Positions 49,775-62,622 of a stretch of 64,000 nucleotides of DNA are shown one piece after another. The first letter of the stretch is position 1, and each line of letters starts with the position of its first letter. The stretch is taken from NCBI RefSeq assembly GCF_036321535.1, contig NC_087444.1:24864001-24928000 (forward strand), given 5' to 3'. The stretch comes from Camelus dromedarius. Lineage: Eukaryota. Position numbers and translations under genes: made by a program. The notes beneath the pieces were generated by a model, which saw nothing but the letters and a program-made list of their open reading frames with translations, was not told the origin of the DNA and did no database searches.

Positions 49775-50700
49775 ATAGCAAGATACGAGAAAGAAGATAA
49801 TCACACTTCTACCCACCACCCAGCTGAGGAAATACCACATACAACGCCACTGGAACCCCTACACATTTCCCCTTGATCTCATGCCTGTTCATTCCCTCCA
49901 AGGAAAATGGTTATGGGGAATTTTGTATCTATTAATCCATTGTTTTGCTTCATAGTTTTACTTCTTATCTTATCTAAACATATTAGTTTTTCATGTTTTT
50001 CAATTCTCCAGAAATGGAATCAGACTGTATGAATTTTTCTGCAAATTGTGTTTTTCTTGGCAGAGTCTGTTCCAGGGAGCTGCTGTCAGAGCATCAGAGG
50101 ACCGCACTGTAATTACCCTCCATGCATTGCTGGGCGAGTGTATAGATTGTTTCCTGTTTTTGCAGCTGCTGGCCACACTGCTAGGAACATCCTTGTCCAC
50201 GAGTCCAGGTGCACATACGGAAGGTCCTTGCAGGTACAGACTTAGGAATACGTTACATATCTTCAACTTTCATAGATAAGGACAAACTGTTCTTCCAAGT
50301 TGTTCCAATTTACTCTCCCAACAGCAGTGAATGAGAGTCCCTGTTTAACCACATTACTGCCAACACTTGGTGTTTCTAGACTGAATATTTACCAGTCAGG
50401 TAGACATAAAATGATATCAAAGTGTGGTTATTATTTGACTTTCACGATGACCAATGAGGTTGAATGGATTTTTAGACATTTATTTGTGATTTAAGTTTCT
50501 TATTCTGAGAAATGACTGTCTATATCTTTAAGCTATTGCAATTTTTTTTTTGCTTTATTTCTTACTGAGTTTAGAAGTTCTCTATATATTCTGGTTACTT
50601 ATCCTTCATTAATTACATGTGCTACAAATATCTTCTCTAAGATAATGCCTCAGATTTTTACCATTTTTTAAACGGCGTCTTCCTTTTTTTTTTTTTAATA
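49775..50700 (-). mobile_element. Old L1 (L1M-type) 3' fragment
   Basis: aaatggaatcagactgtatg...caatttactctcccaacagcagtgaatgagagt...ccaacacttggt...gaccaatgaggttga...tctatatattctggttac. Confidence 0.8.
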
Positions 50701-53419
50701 ATTCCTAAGATTTTATGGATGAACTTGTCATGAATCAGGCTGAGGTCTACATATATTATGTCTTGGGCTTTCCTATTTTCTACCAGCTAAGTAACACTAC
50801 TGAAAACTATATGCCCACTATCCATTTCTATATTAATTCATTCTATACTTTTTCTGGAACTCAAGGGAAATTCACCAGTATGTAGTTTCTAGACCCTTCC
50901 TTTTACCTCTTTTTGTAACTCATTTGTTCATCTCTCTTCCTGTGACAGAGAGAACCTTAATACATGTTTCACCTTTAGCATTTCCATAATACAATCATAA
51001 TTTCCAGAAGCACCTTCCACTTCTTTCTCAGAAAAACAGTCACAAATCTATGCATCTGTTAGCCATTTTCCTACAGCCCTGGTACAGCACAGTGAAACCA
51101 AATTGGAAAGTTTAATTAGCTACCTTGCTCCAAGATAAAAATGCAAATAAAAAAGTTTTCAGTTTCACCTGCTTATGAGCCAAAGGCAAAATTAATTAAA
51201 GTCGACGGAGAAAAGTAAGTAAACATTTTGAAATAAAGGAAATAAATATTCTGAAGTGTGATGTTAAGGCTCATGAAACATGAGAGAGTCAATTATTTAT
51301 AGTCATGTGTTTCTGCCCGATAATTTAATCACATTTCCTCTGTCCTCTCTCCCATTGGAATGGTGCTAAAAAGAAAAGTCTTTGAGCTCTTTAAGAATAA
51401 ACCAGGTGATCAAGATGGGTTTCTTATCAACAGCCTTGCTACATTCCAAAGCTAACAGAATAATTTTGGACAAAATGCCAGTGAGTTTTCTGAGTTCTAG
51501 TATGTTCATTATGATAATTTTTTCCTCTTTTTATAAAACTGTGAAATTGGGAATCTTTTACATAATTTTGCTGTATTTACAAGACCAAAGTAAAGTTGCT
51601 ACTGTGTAGTTGGTTGTTATGATATTTAAATCTGACTAGTCCTAGAGCAAAAACTAGTTTTGAGATTGACAGCTGAGATGTCAAAGAAAAAGAAAAACCC
51701 ATGAAAAATGGTCATTTCATAGTCTGTAAATAGACACTATTGCATGATAACATTTCCATTTTAGACACTATACGGGGCAGTCCCTGAGGGTGGTTTCTCA
51801 TTGCTAACCCGTGGTGTGGAACTGAGATCTCATCAAACTTGGGTTGGGTCCATGGAAGAGACAACAGGTGGTGGGGGCCAGGATGAGGGGACTGAATGTC
51901 AGAGACAGGCAATCCCACTGGTGGGGATTCATCCAGTAGGGCTGAAATGTGCTGGTGTATAAAGATAGTCCACAAAGAAGGTTGATTGCTCAGGTTTGCA
52001 AAACAATAGGAAGAAACCTGAGAAGGGGAAATGGATAAATAAATTACAGTGTTCCTATAGCTATTAAAAAAAAAGAGAGAGAACAAGTTGTATTCTCATG
52101 GAAGCATGATCACAATTTTCTTCTTGGGTGGGGAGACAGGTTATAAGATAAACTGTATCCTATGACTCCATGTTTTTATCAAATCAAATCAAATCAAAAC
52201 AAAGTCAAGTCCTGTGTGTAGATATGTATGTGTCAATAAGAAAAGGAAACTGTCTAAGAGGAATGTACACAAGTTGTTAAGGGCGATGATGTCGAGGTGA
52301 GACCGGAAGGAGTGGAAAGGTTCATTTTGATTTAGTCATTTTTGTGCTTTGAGTTGTTACCACAGGTGTGAATCAGGTAATTTAAAGGACTGAAATTTAA
52401 AAAGTAGTCAGTAAGTAATCAAGCAGGCCAGCAAAGCGGGAGCCCGGAGGACCAGGTGTTAAGACCAAGAGAAGAAGCAGATCTGAGATCAAGCCGGCCC
52501 AGGACCCAGGACCCAGCAGGAGCAGGTGCCCAGTGCCCAGTGCATATTTGACTGCCCATCACTATAAGGTGGATCAAAGAATGTAAACTCAGAACCAGCA
52601 GGGTCAGAGGCTGGAACACAGTCCGGAAAGGCACAGAACAAATGCAACCTCCCTGCAAATGGCAGGTAAGATGCAGTGGAGACTCTGCCGCCCCAGCCCT
52701 GCCATGTTCGTGAGGACGCAACATGCCTCTTCCTCAATACCGTCTAGGAAATTAATTGGAGGCGCTAGCCTGCCATTTTCTGAGAGCTATAAAAGGTGAA
52801 ATTCAATTAGTGATTTGTTTCCAGCGAGCACAGAGAAAGAAGGGAGACGTCCACAGGGGACGCAGGGCGGCTGGCAGACAGAGATGGTGCCGGGGTCTGT
52901 ACTTTGAGTGACAAAGGACAACTAATTGAAAGGCAGCAGCAGCCCCCTCTCCCAAAGCTGCTGGTGGGGAGGATCTGAGGAGGGACATACTGCGGAGCTG
53001 GAAGTTCTCAGTGATCCAGGGATTTGCCGATACGAGTGGCCTTTGGGGGAAATGCAACTGAGAGCTGTGAATGGCAAACAAAGGATCCACCTGCAGCCTG
53101 GCCGGAGCTCCCGAGTGGGAACACAAGACAGCAAATATTTAGAGAAGCAGTGGAAGTCCAGAAGGAGCACACAAGACTGCGCTGAAATCCCTGGGGAGGA
53201 AGGCTTCTGGAGGCCAAAGGGAGACAAGGCTGTGACTGGGCAAATGGAACAGAATGGGCGGGACTTGGGGGACATGCCCCAGACTCCAGGCAGACCAGCG
53301 TTTACACCAGGCTGTGTGCATTTTAGACGCTCAGAAAATATTTGTCTCTGATTGAATGTCCAGCTGCCATCTACCAGGTAAAGGGGCTATAGTAAGTCAC
53401 TCAGACCTTACCACGTTCC

Positions 53420-53695
53420 TCATGGTCTGAGCTCTGAAGTCAGATATACCCAGCTTCATGTCCCACCGAAGTCCATAATCTACTAGGTCTGCGACCTGGA
53501 GTCAACTCTGGAACCTCTCTGAGCATCAGTTTTCACATTGGAAACCGAGATAATAATGGCTCCTGTCTCACAAGTTACTTTTGAAAACTGAATAAGCTAA
53601 TTTTTATTTAAGGTATTTGTAAAGGCATCACCATCCCCCAGCTGCACAGGAAGCACTCAGTAAGTGTTGGCTGCTACTACTGCTATTGTTATCAC
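53420..53695 (+). mobile_element. MIR SINE
   Basis: gctctgaagtcaga...aacctctctgagcatcagtttt...aggaagcactcagtaagtgttggct. Confidence 0.75.
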
Positions 53696-54019
53696 TGTTT
53701 GATTTGGAAAATGCACTAGACATTTTAAAGAAAAGCATGTAGAGCCACAGGTGGTAAAGGATACAGAGGTCCTCTGACAGATGCATACATGTTTATTTGG
53801 GAACTGAATCATGTGCAGGGACCTGGGCTGGAGAGTGAGGGAACCCTGAAAATGAGTCCTCCCCATGACGCCACAGTCAGAGCAAATGGCAAAACTAATT
53901 TTGGTAAACTGGAGGTATCATTCATCAAAAAAGTGCCACTATTTCCTTTATTCTATGCCCAGTCATTTTTCCTGATGAAATTCAGAAGAAGAAAGAGATT
54001 TAAAAAAAAGTATAATATG

Positions 54020-54900
54020 CTTTAGATGCTCATTGCACCATTATCTATAGCAGCTGAAAATAGGAAATCTCCCAAATTGAAAGTTTTAAAATGGAACTGC
54101 TAGAAGCACCACCAGAGCAGATGCAGGGGCACTCAGCATTGCTGTGTGTAATGATGGCAAACTGGAAACAGCTTAACTACCCATTGGGAAGGGCCTGAGG
54201 GAGAATCCTGAGTATATCCGTTTTGTGGAATATTACACAGCAGGTAAAAAGGAGGCAGATCTAAATGCGATGACAAGGAACATCTTCAAGACATATTAAG
54301 TGTGGAAATGGCAAGTTACAAACAATATGCCCTGTACAATCTCGTGTATATAAAATATGTCTATTTGGTTTGTAAATGTAGAATAAAATGTCTAGAAGGG
54401 CAATTAGGCTAATACAGGGATTATCTCAGACTAGGGATGTGGAGGCAGTAGTAATGGGAACTTAGCTTTTATTATTATAGCCTGAGAGTTTTTCATAAAG
54501 GTGATTATGTTTTACTTTAGATATGTAAGAAAAAAAAGAATCAATAGAATATATTTAGGTTCTACATATGGTTTCTTAAGACACAGTTTCTGCAGCTAAA
54601 AATGTCTGAAAATCAATGGCCTAGATGTTTAACCAAAGGAAAATGGCCAAATAAATTAGATTCAGCTACTTGGAGGACCATTATGTAGTCATTAAAGGTT
54701 ATAACTCTAATGACTGGGTAGCAAGCTGGGACGTGCTTATGTTATATTAGGTAAAAAAGTCAAATATAAAATGACATATGTAGCATGCAAGTGGACACAG
54801 ATTAGGAGGAAAGACAGAAATAGCAAAGTCAGAGTGGGGCAATTAGGGCTAATTTCTAAATGTTAATATTGAAAAGATGTGTTTTGAATGTAAAAAGATA
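54020..54900 (+). mobile_element. Very old L1 (L1ME-like) fragments
   Basis: gatgctcattgcaccatt, aaactggaaacagcttaa, gtggaatattacacagcaggtaaaaagg. Confidence 0.6.
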
Positions 54901-55519
54901 AGTCAAACTGCTGTTTTGATTTCTTTTGGACTTAATTTGGGGACATGTACCATGCATACAAAACAGAACTTACTTTTGAGTCAGTCTCTCAGACACATAC
55001 AAACTATGCCCAGGAACGCATGCAATTCAAACATGTCTCCTGGATAATCTTTCCTAAAAGCAGACGTTTCCACGGACAGCTACTATGGCACGCCCAAGTC
55101 CCTTAGAGGCCACCGTAGATGAAGCTGCAAAAATACAGGTGAGAAGATGTCCATAACCCAGCTCCTCAGAAGGCACCTGCAGGCACAGCCCACCTTGGAA
55201 AGCAGGGAGCACAGAGTGGTGCCAATTTGAACCGGAACCATTGAGCCGTGGTCAATTTCAACCACGAAATTCAAAGGCAAACATTATCATGCAAACAAAG
55301 TCCCCCAGTCTAAGTGCGCTAACATGGGGGACTATGAACCAAAGAGTGATCTGTGGAACCCTAGTTCTAACAGATGTACAGTGGATTTCCTCTCGCTCAC
55401 GCTTGGGGATATAGCCAAGGACATTCTTCCTGTCCATTCTCAATGCTCCATCGTATGTGAAAAAGGCCCTGAACACCCTTCCATTAAAAAGACACTGTAC
55501 CCATCAACATTTTTGATAA

Positions 55520-55730
55520 TTATAATTATTAAAGTACTTATCATTTTATTAAATACTTATAATATTATGCTAAGCACTTTAAAAATATAGTCTCATTTTA
55601 TCCCTTTTAATAATCTTGTGTGGGATGTAATGCTATTCCCATTTTTTGGCTGAGGAAACTGAGGCTCAAAATTAAGTAGCCTTGGTCAAAGGCACCCAGG
55701 AAAAAGTAGCAGTTGGGATGGAGGCCCTAT
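55520..55730 (-). mobile_element. MIR SINE
   Basis: tattcccattttttggctgaggaaactgaggctca. Confidence 0.8.
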
Positions 55731-56219
55731 GCCATGTATGTCTCAATCTGGTGAAATGCTGGTGGTCCCAGAGCCACATGAGGGGAAGTGGACAGAAACT
55801 ACCATTTAATGTGGGAATAAGTTTTTCTGCTTCCAGAACTCAGCTCTGCTATCACCTCATCTAGGAAGGCTTTCTCTAAGCACTCTAGACAAATGAACCA
55901 TCTCTTCCACTGAGCTTCTTCCAGTGTTTGTCATCTCAGCGCATTGTAACTATATTTACAGACATTTAATTTTTCTATTTAATTGCAAGCTTCTTTAAAT
56001 ATCTTGTTCATTTTTGTGGGAACCTGATATCCGATTATTCTATATTATTACTTACATGAATTGCTGGGCAGGGTATCAATACCTCCCCTAAACAAACAAT
56101 AAAATCAACCCAACACAGAGCTAACCAAGGAAGTGAGATGCTGCGTGAAACCAAAATCATCAGTGCTATCGTCCTTACACAACTCAAACCTATTATAAAG
56201 TTCTTACTGCCCGAATAGA

Positions 56220-56326
56220 CAAGTCTACATATGTCTCCATTTCTACAGCTTAGCATAGTTTGGCACTGAGTGGTTAATCAATAAACACTTGCTGAACAAA
56301 TGAGTGAATAAATGAAGGAATGAATC
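56220..56326 (+). mobile_element. L2 3' end
   Basis: ttagcatagtttggcactgagtgg...tcaataaacacttgctgaacaaatgagtgaataaatgaa. Confidence 0.75.
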
Positions 56327-56713
56327 ATCTCATGTAGGAGTAAGGTATTATAAAACTGATAATGAGTGGCTAAATCAGATGCACAATTAAACAGGAAACA
56401 TAACTTTCCCTGATTGACTGGCATATAACCAACCATCACAAGGCTGATGATAAACATTAATTTTTAAGAAAATATTTCCAATACATTTATTTCTGTAGTC
56501 TTGGGAGTAATAACATTTTTGGAGCCTCCGATTGAAATGTGTCTCCTGTCACGTGAAGGGATGAAGTGGGCACATGTGTCATCAAGACTGACCAGGCGGA
56601 TGAGCCTCAATTTGGCACAAGGAGGGGACTGAGAGTATCAGTCCTGACACTCATGGATCCACAGGGGATAAGCCAAGATTAAATGGAAGAGCAAAATCCC
56701 CGAGCTGGGTCCA

Positions 56714-56716
<3 letters not shown>

Positions 56717-56744
<28 letters not shown>
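56717..56744. repeat. (CA)14 microsatellite
   Basis: Directly visible. Confidence 0.95.
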
Positions 56745-56745
<1 letters not shown>

Positions 56746-56875
56746 CAGACAGACTGAAAAGTTTCTTTTTAAATTAACCTCAAACATCAAAATTTCAGGC
56801 TTGAAAATAAAAATTGGGAGTGGTGGGAAATATAAATATGGAAAAAAAAAAAAAGATTCTCCTCTACTTTAGAAG

Positions 56876-57073
56876 CATGGGATACCTTAAAGTCTGTGTT
56901 TCTCCAGGTGGGGTCCTGACTGCAAGTATCACCTGGGAGCTTTTTGGAGATGTAGATTTTCAGGCTCCACCCAGACCTACGGAATCAGTAACTCCAGGAG
57001 TGGGGCACAGCAATCTGGATTTTAAAAAGCCCTCCTGGTGTTGCTGAGACATGAACAATTGTGAGAACCACTC
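56876..57073. mobile_element. MER5A-like hAT DNA transposon
   Basis: atcacctgggagctt...caggctccacccagacctacggaatcagtaactc...gtggggcacagcaatctg...tgtgagaaccact. Confidence 0.85.
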
Positions 57074-57724
57074 TTTTAAGTCACAAGCTCTCTTTGTCAA
57101 ATTTAACATAAGACTTCATCTCCAAAATTTTTTCTTTGATTCAACCAAGGAAGATGCAGCTGTAATTTGGCATTCCTATAAGACATACAAGCCTTTGTAA
57201 TGGATCAGACACTATGCTCTGTAGATCCTCATGGGGATCCTATCACATAGAAAATTGCCCCTCTGCCCATTCCACAGATGAGCAAATAAAGCATCAAAGA
57301 GGTTGAGTCACATGTTGCCAGTCTAACTCCAAACCCCACGTAATTCCAACTCACAGAACATGCTCCATGCCATTCACACCTCACTCCTTGAAGAACAGAG
57401 CCCAGATGGCTAAGCGAGAACATCCAGGGCTGTGGGTTGTGGGTCTCAAAGGTTGTGGGACTGGGGGCATCATGCAGCTTCCCTGCTGGACCCACCAGGG
57501 ACATACACTTTGTCCACCTCCCTGCAGAGCATCGATCATAGGGGGCTGTATTCACATCTGCCTGCTCCACTTGGCTGCCCGCTGAGAGAGCTGGGGCGAG
57601 GTTGATCTCTGCATCCCTAGTGATTAGCAGCAAGAGGGAGACCATCCATCTCTGTTCTGCTAGTGAAGACAGTGATTCAGCACTGAATGCTCTTTCTTTC
57701 TATTAGTGGTCCCCTCATAATTAA

Positions 57725-57980
57725 AGCATAACAACAGACACCACTTCTACGGCACTTTCCAAGCACCAGGCTCCAGTCTGAGCATCACTTGACTTGCAGT
57801 AACTCATTTACTCTTTAAAACAACCCTGTGAAGTTGGTAAGAGCATTAATGTCCTCATTTGATGCGTGAAGAAATCAAGGCACAGAGAGGATGAGTGACT
57901 CGTGCAAGATCACACAGCAAGTGGGGGTGGCAGAAGGGAGACCTGCCCCCATCAGTCCTGTTCCAGAGCCCTGTCACCAC
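57725..57980 (-). mobile_element. MIR SINE
   Basis: gaagaaatcaaggcacagagaggatgagtgactcgtgcaagatcacacagcaagt. Confidence 0.8.
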
Positions 57981-58904
57981 CACAACCATCAGCCAACGCC
58001 CTGTTCAGACGGGGATGAGGTGAGAATTGGGTACTGAACCAAAAGACTGAAGGAACAGGTGGTAGAGGTGAAATGCCAAAGATTAGAAATTCAGGCTCGT
58101 AGTGACTACAGGAGAAAATTAATTTCTGCTTTGATACATGAAGTGATATTTGCAGAGTAAGCGCCTTACCAGAAAGTCAACAATTCCTGCTCAGTGTCAC
58201 AGCAGTACCCGGGGACGTGGCAAAGTTGGCAGCCGGTGGGATGGGCATGCGGGCAGGGACTTAGTGACTCCTGTCTTGGGTCTCAAAGAGACATCTAGGG
58301 CCCCAATCCCTGCAGGCTTGGCATTCTAACCGAGAGACACAGCATAGATCGTTACAGATCACTGTAGAAACGAATTGCATCACGGCTGGTTGATTTGTCA
58401 GGAGGAACGTTAAGACATTTGAGCTATGGGTGGAGGCGGAAGCTGCAGCCCGCAGAGCATGCGCACTTTGCCCCTGATCTATTTCTGACGCTGTGAAATG
58501 AACCCGGTCTTCCCGGCTTGAGGACTGCGGCGATGTGATGCGTTACCCAGGAGCGTGCGTGCCTCTGCGCCTTCACCCTACGTTCCTCTGTCATCTCCTC
58601 AGTCTCCAAGTGAGGAGTCCTTTATTCTATGCACACTGCTCTTTGGAAAGTCGCCGAACACCTGCAAGTCACCTAGTCCTGGGATCTTTCACGTCTTCTC
58701 AGCGCGTTGAACCCAGTGCAATTCTCTTCTCCCGAAAACTCTCTCCTCTGTTCCCTCCCCTCCTCCCTCTCCCCCAAGCTCATCTCCTCCAGCTGGACCT
58801 TCATTCAGGAATGGATGTGTCCTCTTACTCTTCACTCTACCAATCCTCCCTGAGAAAGGTTACTGTTTCTATAAGACATGATGATGGCGAGGAGGACAGG
58901 AATA

Positions 58905-59120
58905 GGAACCCCAGTTAATGGTCACTGAATGTTCACCAGGGGCTGGCACTGATCTCGTACCGACCCACAGAACACTCATCACAGCTCTAAAAGGAGGCAC
59001 TGTTATCCTGCCGCCTTTACCCAGGGGAAAAGTGAAGCTCAGAGATGTTAAGTTACTTGTTCAAGGGCACACAGCTAGGGAAGAGCAGGCCAGGAGTCTG
59101 GGACTCTCTGCACTTTAAGT
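58905..59120 (-). mobile_element. MIR SINE
   Basis: gtgaagctcagagatgttaagttacttgttcaagggcacacagcta. Confidence 0.8.
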
Positions 59121-60043
59121 GTTTTGCACAGATCTACTGGACCCCTTCTCCACTCCTGGCTGCTGCTCTCAGCGGGAAGTGGGTTCCTGCATTTGCACGT
59201 CTAACTGCCACTAAGCTGTCTGCATACCTACCCTGCTTTTTTCCCTCTTTATCTGCAAATGAGCCTTTCTTTACTGACTTCTCTATGTATCAGTGACACC
59301 ACAATTCCCCCATAGTTGGCTTGGGGCTTGCCATGGAAAAAACCAAACTTTAACCCACTCAGCTCCACTATCTCCTACACAGAGTCAGGCAGCTGTCTTC
59401 CTATTATTTTCCCTTGGAAATACCTGTAGACCAACTCATGTCAGTTGTGTGAGCCCAGAGGGCTTCTGCAAACTCTCAAGTGCACCTTCCTCATTTCAAA
59501 TGAGCAAACTGCGGTCCAGAGAGGTGGAGCAGCCCACGGAGACCACTGAGTGAATCAAAGTGAGGGCCAGAGTTTGGATCAACACAGTTGTATTTGGGAG
59601 CTTCTTGAGCGATGGAACAGGTCTTTCTCGTCTTTGTACACTGCTCAAGGCTTAGAACAGTACCTGGCACACAGTACGTGTAAGTGGCTTTTAAAAATTA
59701 TCTATTTCAAACTTTATATTCCTGCTTCTGTTACCCTTTTCATATCTTGATCTTCTCAACTCTGGTTTATTGTTGATCTCTGCCTGCTTTCACACTCTTC
59801 CTCTTCCTGCACACAGACAGGAGCCTCATCTTCCTAAAGCTCTGATTTCATCTGAACCTTCACACTTTCCATAGGGCTTATGTGCCCCTTGGATGAGCTT
59901 TTCCACAGTCTGGCTCTTGCTTCTTTCTCTCATTTCTTCTGGCAATTTTTTTTTTTAGGGACTTAGGGGTATGGTGGTGGTGGTGATGAATTTGTTTTCT
60001 TGAAAATGTTTCCTCACTTCTTAATCCCTTCAGTGCAGGTATT

Positions 60044-60062
60044 CTGCCACCAGGTGGCAGTA
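60044..60062 (+). promoter_or_regulatory. Candidate CTCF binding site
   Basis: CTGCCACCAGGTGGCAGTA matches the CTCF core consensus CC(A/G)(C/G)(C/T)AG(A/G)(G/T)GGC(A/G) at every position, in non-repeat sequence. Confidence 0.65.
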
Positions 60063-61394
60063 ATGTATCACTAGGGTGAACCAAATCAATGTTTTAATTA
60101 TAGACTGCAGAAATGGCCAAACATGGTCCACTTCTCATTTTAGTATGAAACTATAACTTTAAAAAGCCCAAACAGCATAACTGAAAGACTTACAGTCGGA
60201 TATGTTACATTAACTCCTTGATGAAGTCATCAAGGAATTCATTCAAGTTGCTCAGGGATTCCTTTCTCAGCAACCCCACTATGTTGCAGCAGACCAGACA
60301 ACTGAAGTCTACTGACCTTGTTTAAATCATTTAGTAGGAAGACTCCTCTGTCTGGAGCTCTGGTTTCTTTAACACCAGAAAGAGACGAGATGGGGAAATA
60401 GTCACAGAATAGCCTCGGAGGCAAGTGGTGGTGTAACCCCGTGTGGGTTTTCTTCCATTGTTCAGAAGAAAGAACCTCTTTACTTGGCTAATTTTCATTT
60501 TCTGCCCCTCCTTTTCCTCCCTAAGGCTGGGAATGATTTAAGATTTTTTTTTTTTTTTTTAAATCAAACCAGAGGAACGGGACCCTAAGGCTAAATGGTG
60601 GACTCTGATCTCAGTAAGCAACTTCCATTAAAAATGGCTCAGCTGATCCATCTAAGCCTAAGTACCTATTTCTAAATTTAATGTACATCCTTGTGTATTT
60701 TTATACATAATAAAATATCTGGGGTGAGTAGGAAGGGGATAATTCCTTGCAAAAGTCTCAGTTGCACTTTTGCATCAATAGGCACAGATATTTATGAGAT
60801 ACCTGATGCCTGAGTTCATCAGCAGGAATCACGTCTCTTCTACTTCAGCGTCTCCCCAGCTGCCTCCACCAGTGAAGACTAAGAACTCTGAGTTATGTTT
60901 CTCGACTCCACATTTCTCCTCGCCTTCTTTCTGACAAATTTTGAGATGTTTATGATAGCTTCTCACTGTGAAGTTTAGAAATCTCTACCACTCACTTTTA
61001 CTCAGCCAAGTGATGAAGGCATCTATTCTGAATTCTAAAGGCAAAAAGAAAAAAGAACAGGGAGCGGAAAAACATGACTGTCTTTATCTCCAACATAAAT
61101 GTGTGGGGAGAAATTAAAGCTGAGTGTGAAATTCCCTGACACCTGTGTGGAATGTTAGTGTAGTTGGGGAAGGCTATCAACCTAGAGTCCTGGCTGCCTT
61201 GTTTCTGCACCCAGGTGATAAAGCCACCTCCTTTGTGGCACACACTTGTGCACAAATTAGGGCCAAGTGTGAAAACGGCAGCATCTGATTTTTTTCCGCC
61301 AGAAATTCATCTTAGGGAAAACTTAGAAAGTGTTTCTGAAAGAACTTTTCTTTCACCTGTATAAGAATGGCTCAACTGGGTGAAAATGAGGCAG

Positions 61395-61500
61395 TTATTC
61401 ACCTCATCAAAATTATTTAATCTCTCTCAACCTCAGTTTTCTCATCTGCAAAATGGGAACACTGTTATCCACCTGTCAGTATTCTGTGGGAATTAAAGGA
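61395..61500 (+). mobile_element. MIR SINE core
   Basis: atttaatctctctcaacctcagttttctcatctgcaaaatggga. Confidence 0.8.
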
Positions 61501-62189
61501 AAAAGTAGGAGCCAGCTTGGAAGTTCGATCAGGTGAGTCTAAGCAGTCTCCACTGCCATGGAAAATATTTATTGAAAAATCAAATTTAAAAAATTAAAAT
61601 ATAATTAATCCCCTGGAGGCAACATCATAATTAACTAGCATGGCCTCATTTCAAAAATCCTAGCCCTTTGGATTAGGGATGTGGATAAACAGTGCCAGCA
61701 TTTCTTAAGAGCTTTAATTTCTCACCTGAAACCTGGGAATGTAGGCATTTGGGACGAGGGGTTGGAGGTTCTCTGTGAACTTCTCTTTTCATCAGAGGAA
61801 AGTTCTGGCTCCCCATACATCATGAGTTCTGTCACCATCTCTGGGGACTCAGCGTTCTAACTACTGCAGACACTTAAAAAGCAGCTAATATTTGGTTGGA
61901 ATTTTATACCTTCAGGCAAAAATAACCCCAAGCATATTCTCAACAGAGTGGAATATGGTGAATGAAACCAAAATTAACTTGGTGGACAGAGATTCAAACT
62001 GGTTTGAGCACACTGTCCAACAAAGGTCTACTACGTGAAGCATTGTGTTTCAGCTCCTTCCTTGTTACTATTTTATTATTGAAAACATTGATGGGGGAAT
62101 GTTTGGGGACCATAAAAGGCCCCTGAGCACTTTCATGCTGGCAAGGGCTCTTCACAAGAGAGACTGCACAGCGAGGTGGGCAAGAGCAT

Positions 62190-62490
62190 GAATCTGGTGC
62201 CCCATGGCTCCTGGCTCGGCTCCTCAACAACTGGGCAGCCTTGGACAAGTTCCTTAACCTGTGGGTCAAGATTTGAAAGGTCTTTCCAGGGGATTCTAAT
62301 GCACAGCAAAATTTTAGAGTATTGATTTGGGCAGGTTCCTTAATGTCTTTAAACCTCAGTTTCACCATCTATAAAATGGGAAAATCCTAGCTTGTAATGT
62401 ACTTTATACGACGGTGCTAAAGATTAAATGAGATAAGGACTGTTCAGTGCTTGGCATCTTGGTACACAGCAAGGGCTCAATAAATGTCAG
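62190..62490 (+). mobile_element. MIR SINE with an embedded MER5-like fragment (about 62265-62325)
   Basis: ccttggacaagttccttaacct / ttccaggggattctaatgcacagcaaaattttaga / acctcagtttcaccatctataaaatggg...ctcaataaatgt. Confidence 0.7.
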
Positions 62491-62494
62491 TCTC

Positions 62495-62622
62495 CACCAT
62501 CATTATCCTCATCACAATCATTGCGACTGTCATGGTCACTCTTGTCATGATCACCATCACTGTCATCATCACAGTCATTCATCACCATCACTGCCATCGT
62601 CACTGCTGCCGCCGCTGTCATA
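62495..62622. repeat. Degenerate (CAT/CAC)n trinucleotide low-complexity tract at the MIR tail
   Basis: caccatcattatcctcatcacaatcattgcg...catcaccatcactgccatcgtcactgctgccgccg. Confidence 0.85.
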
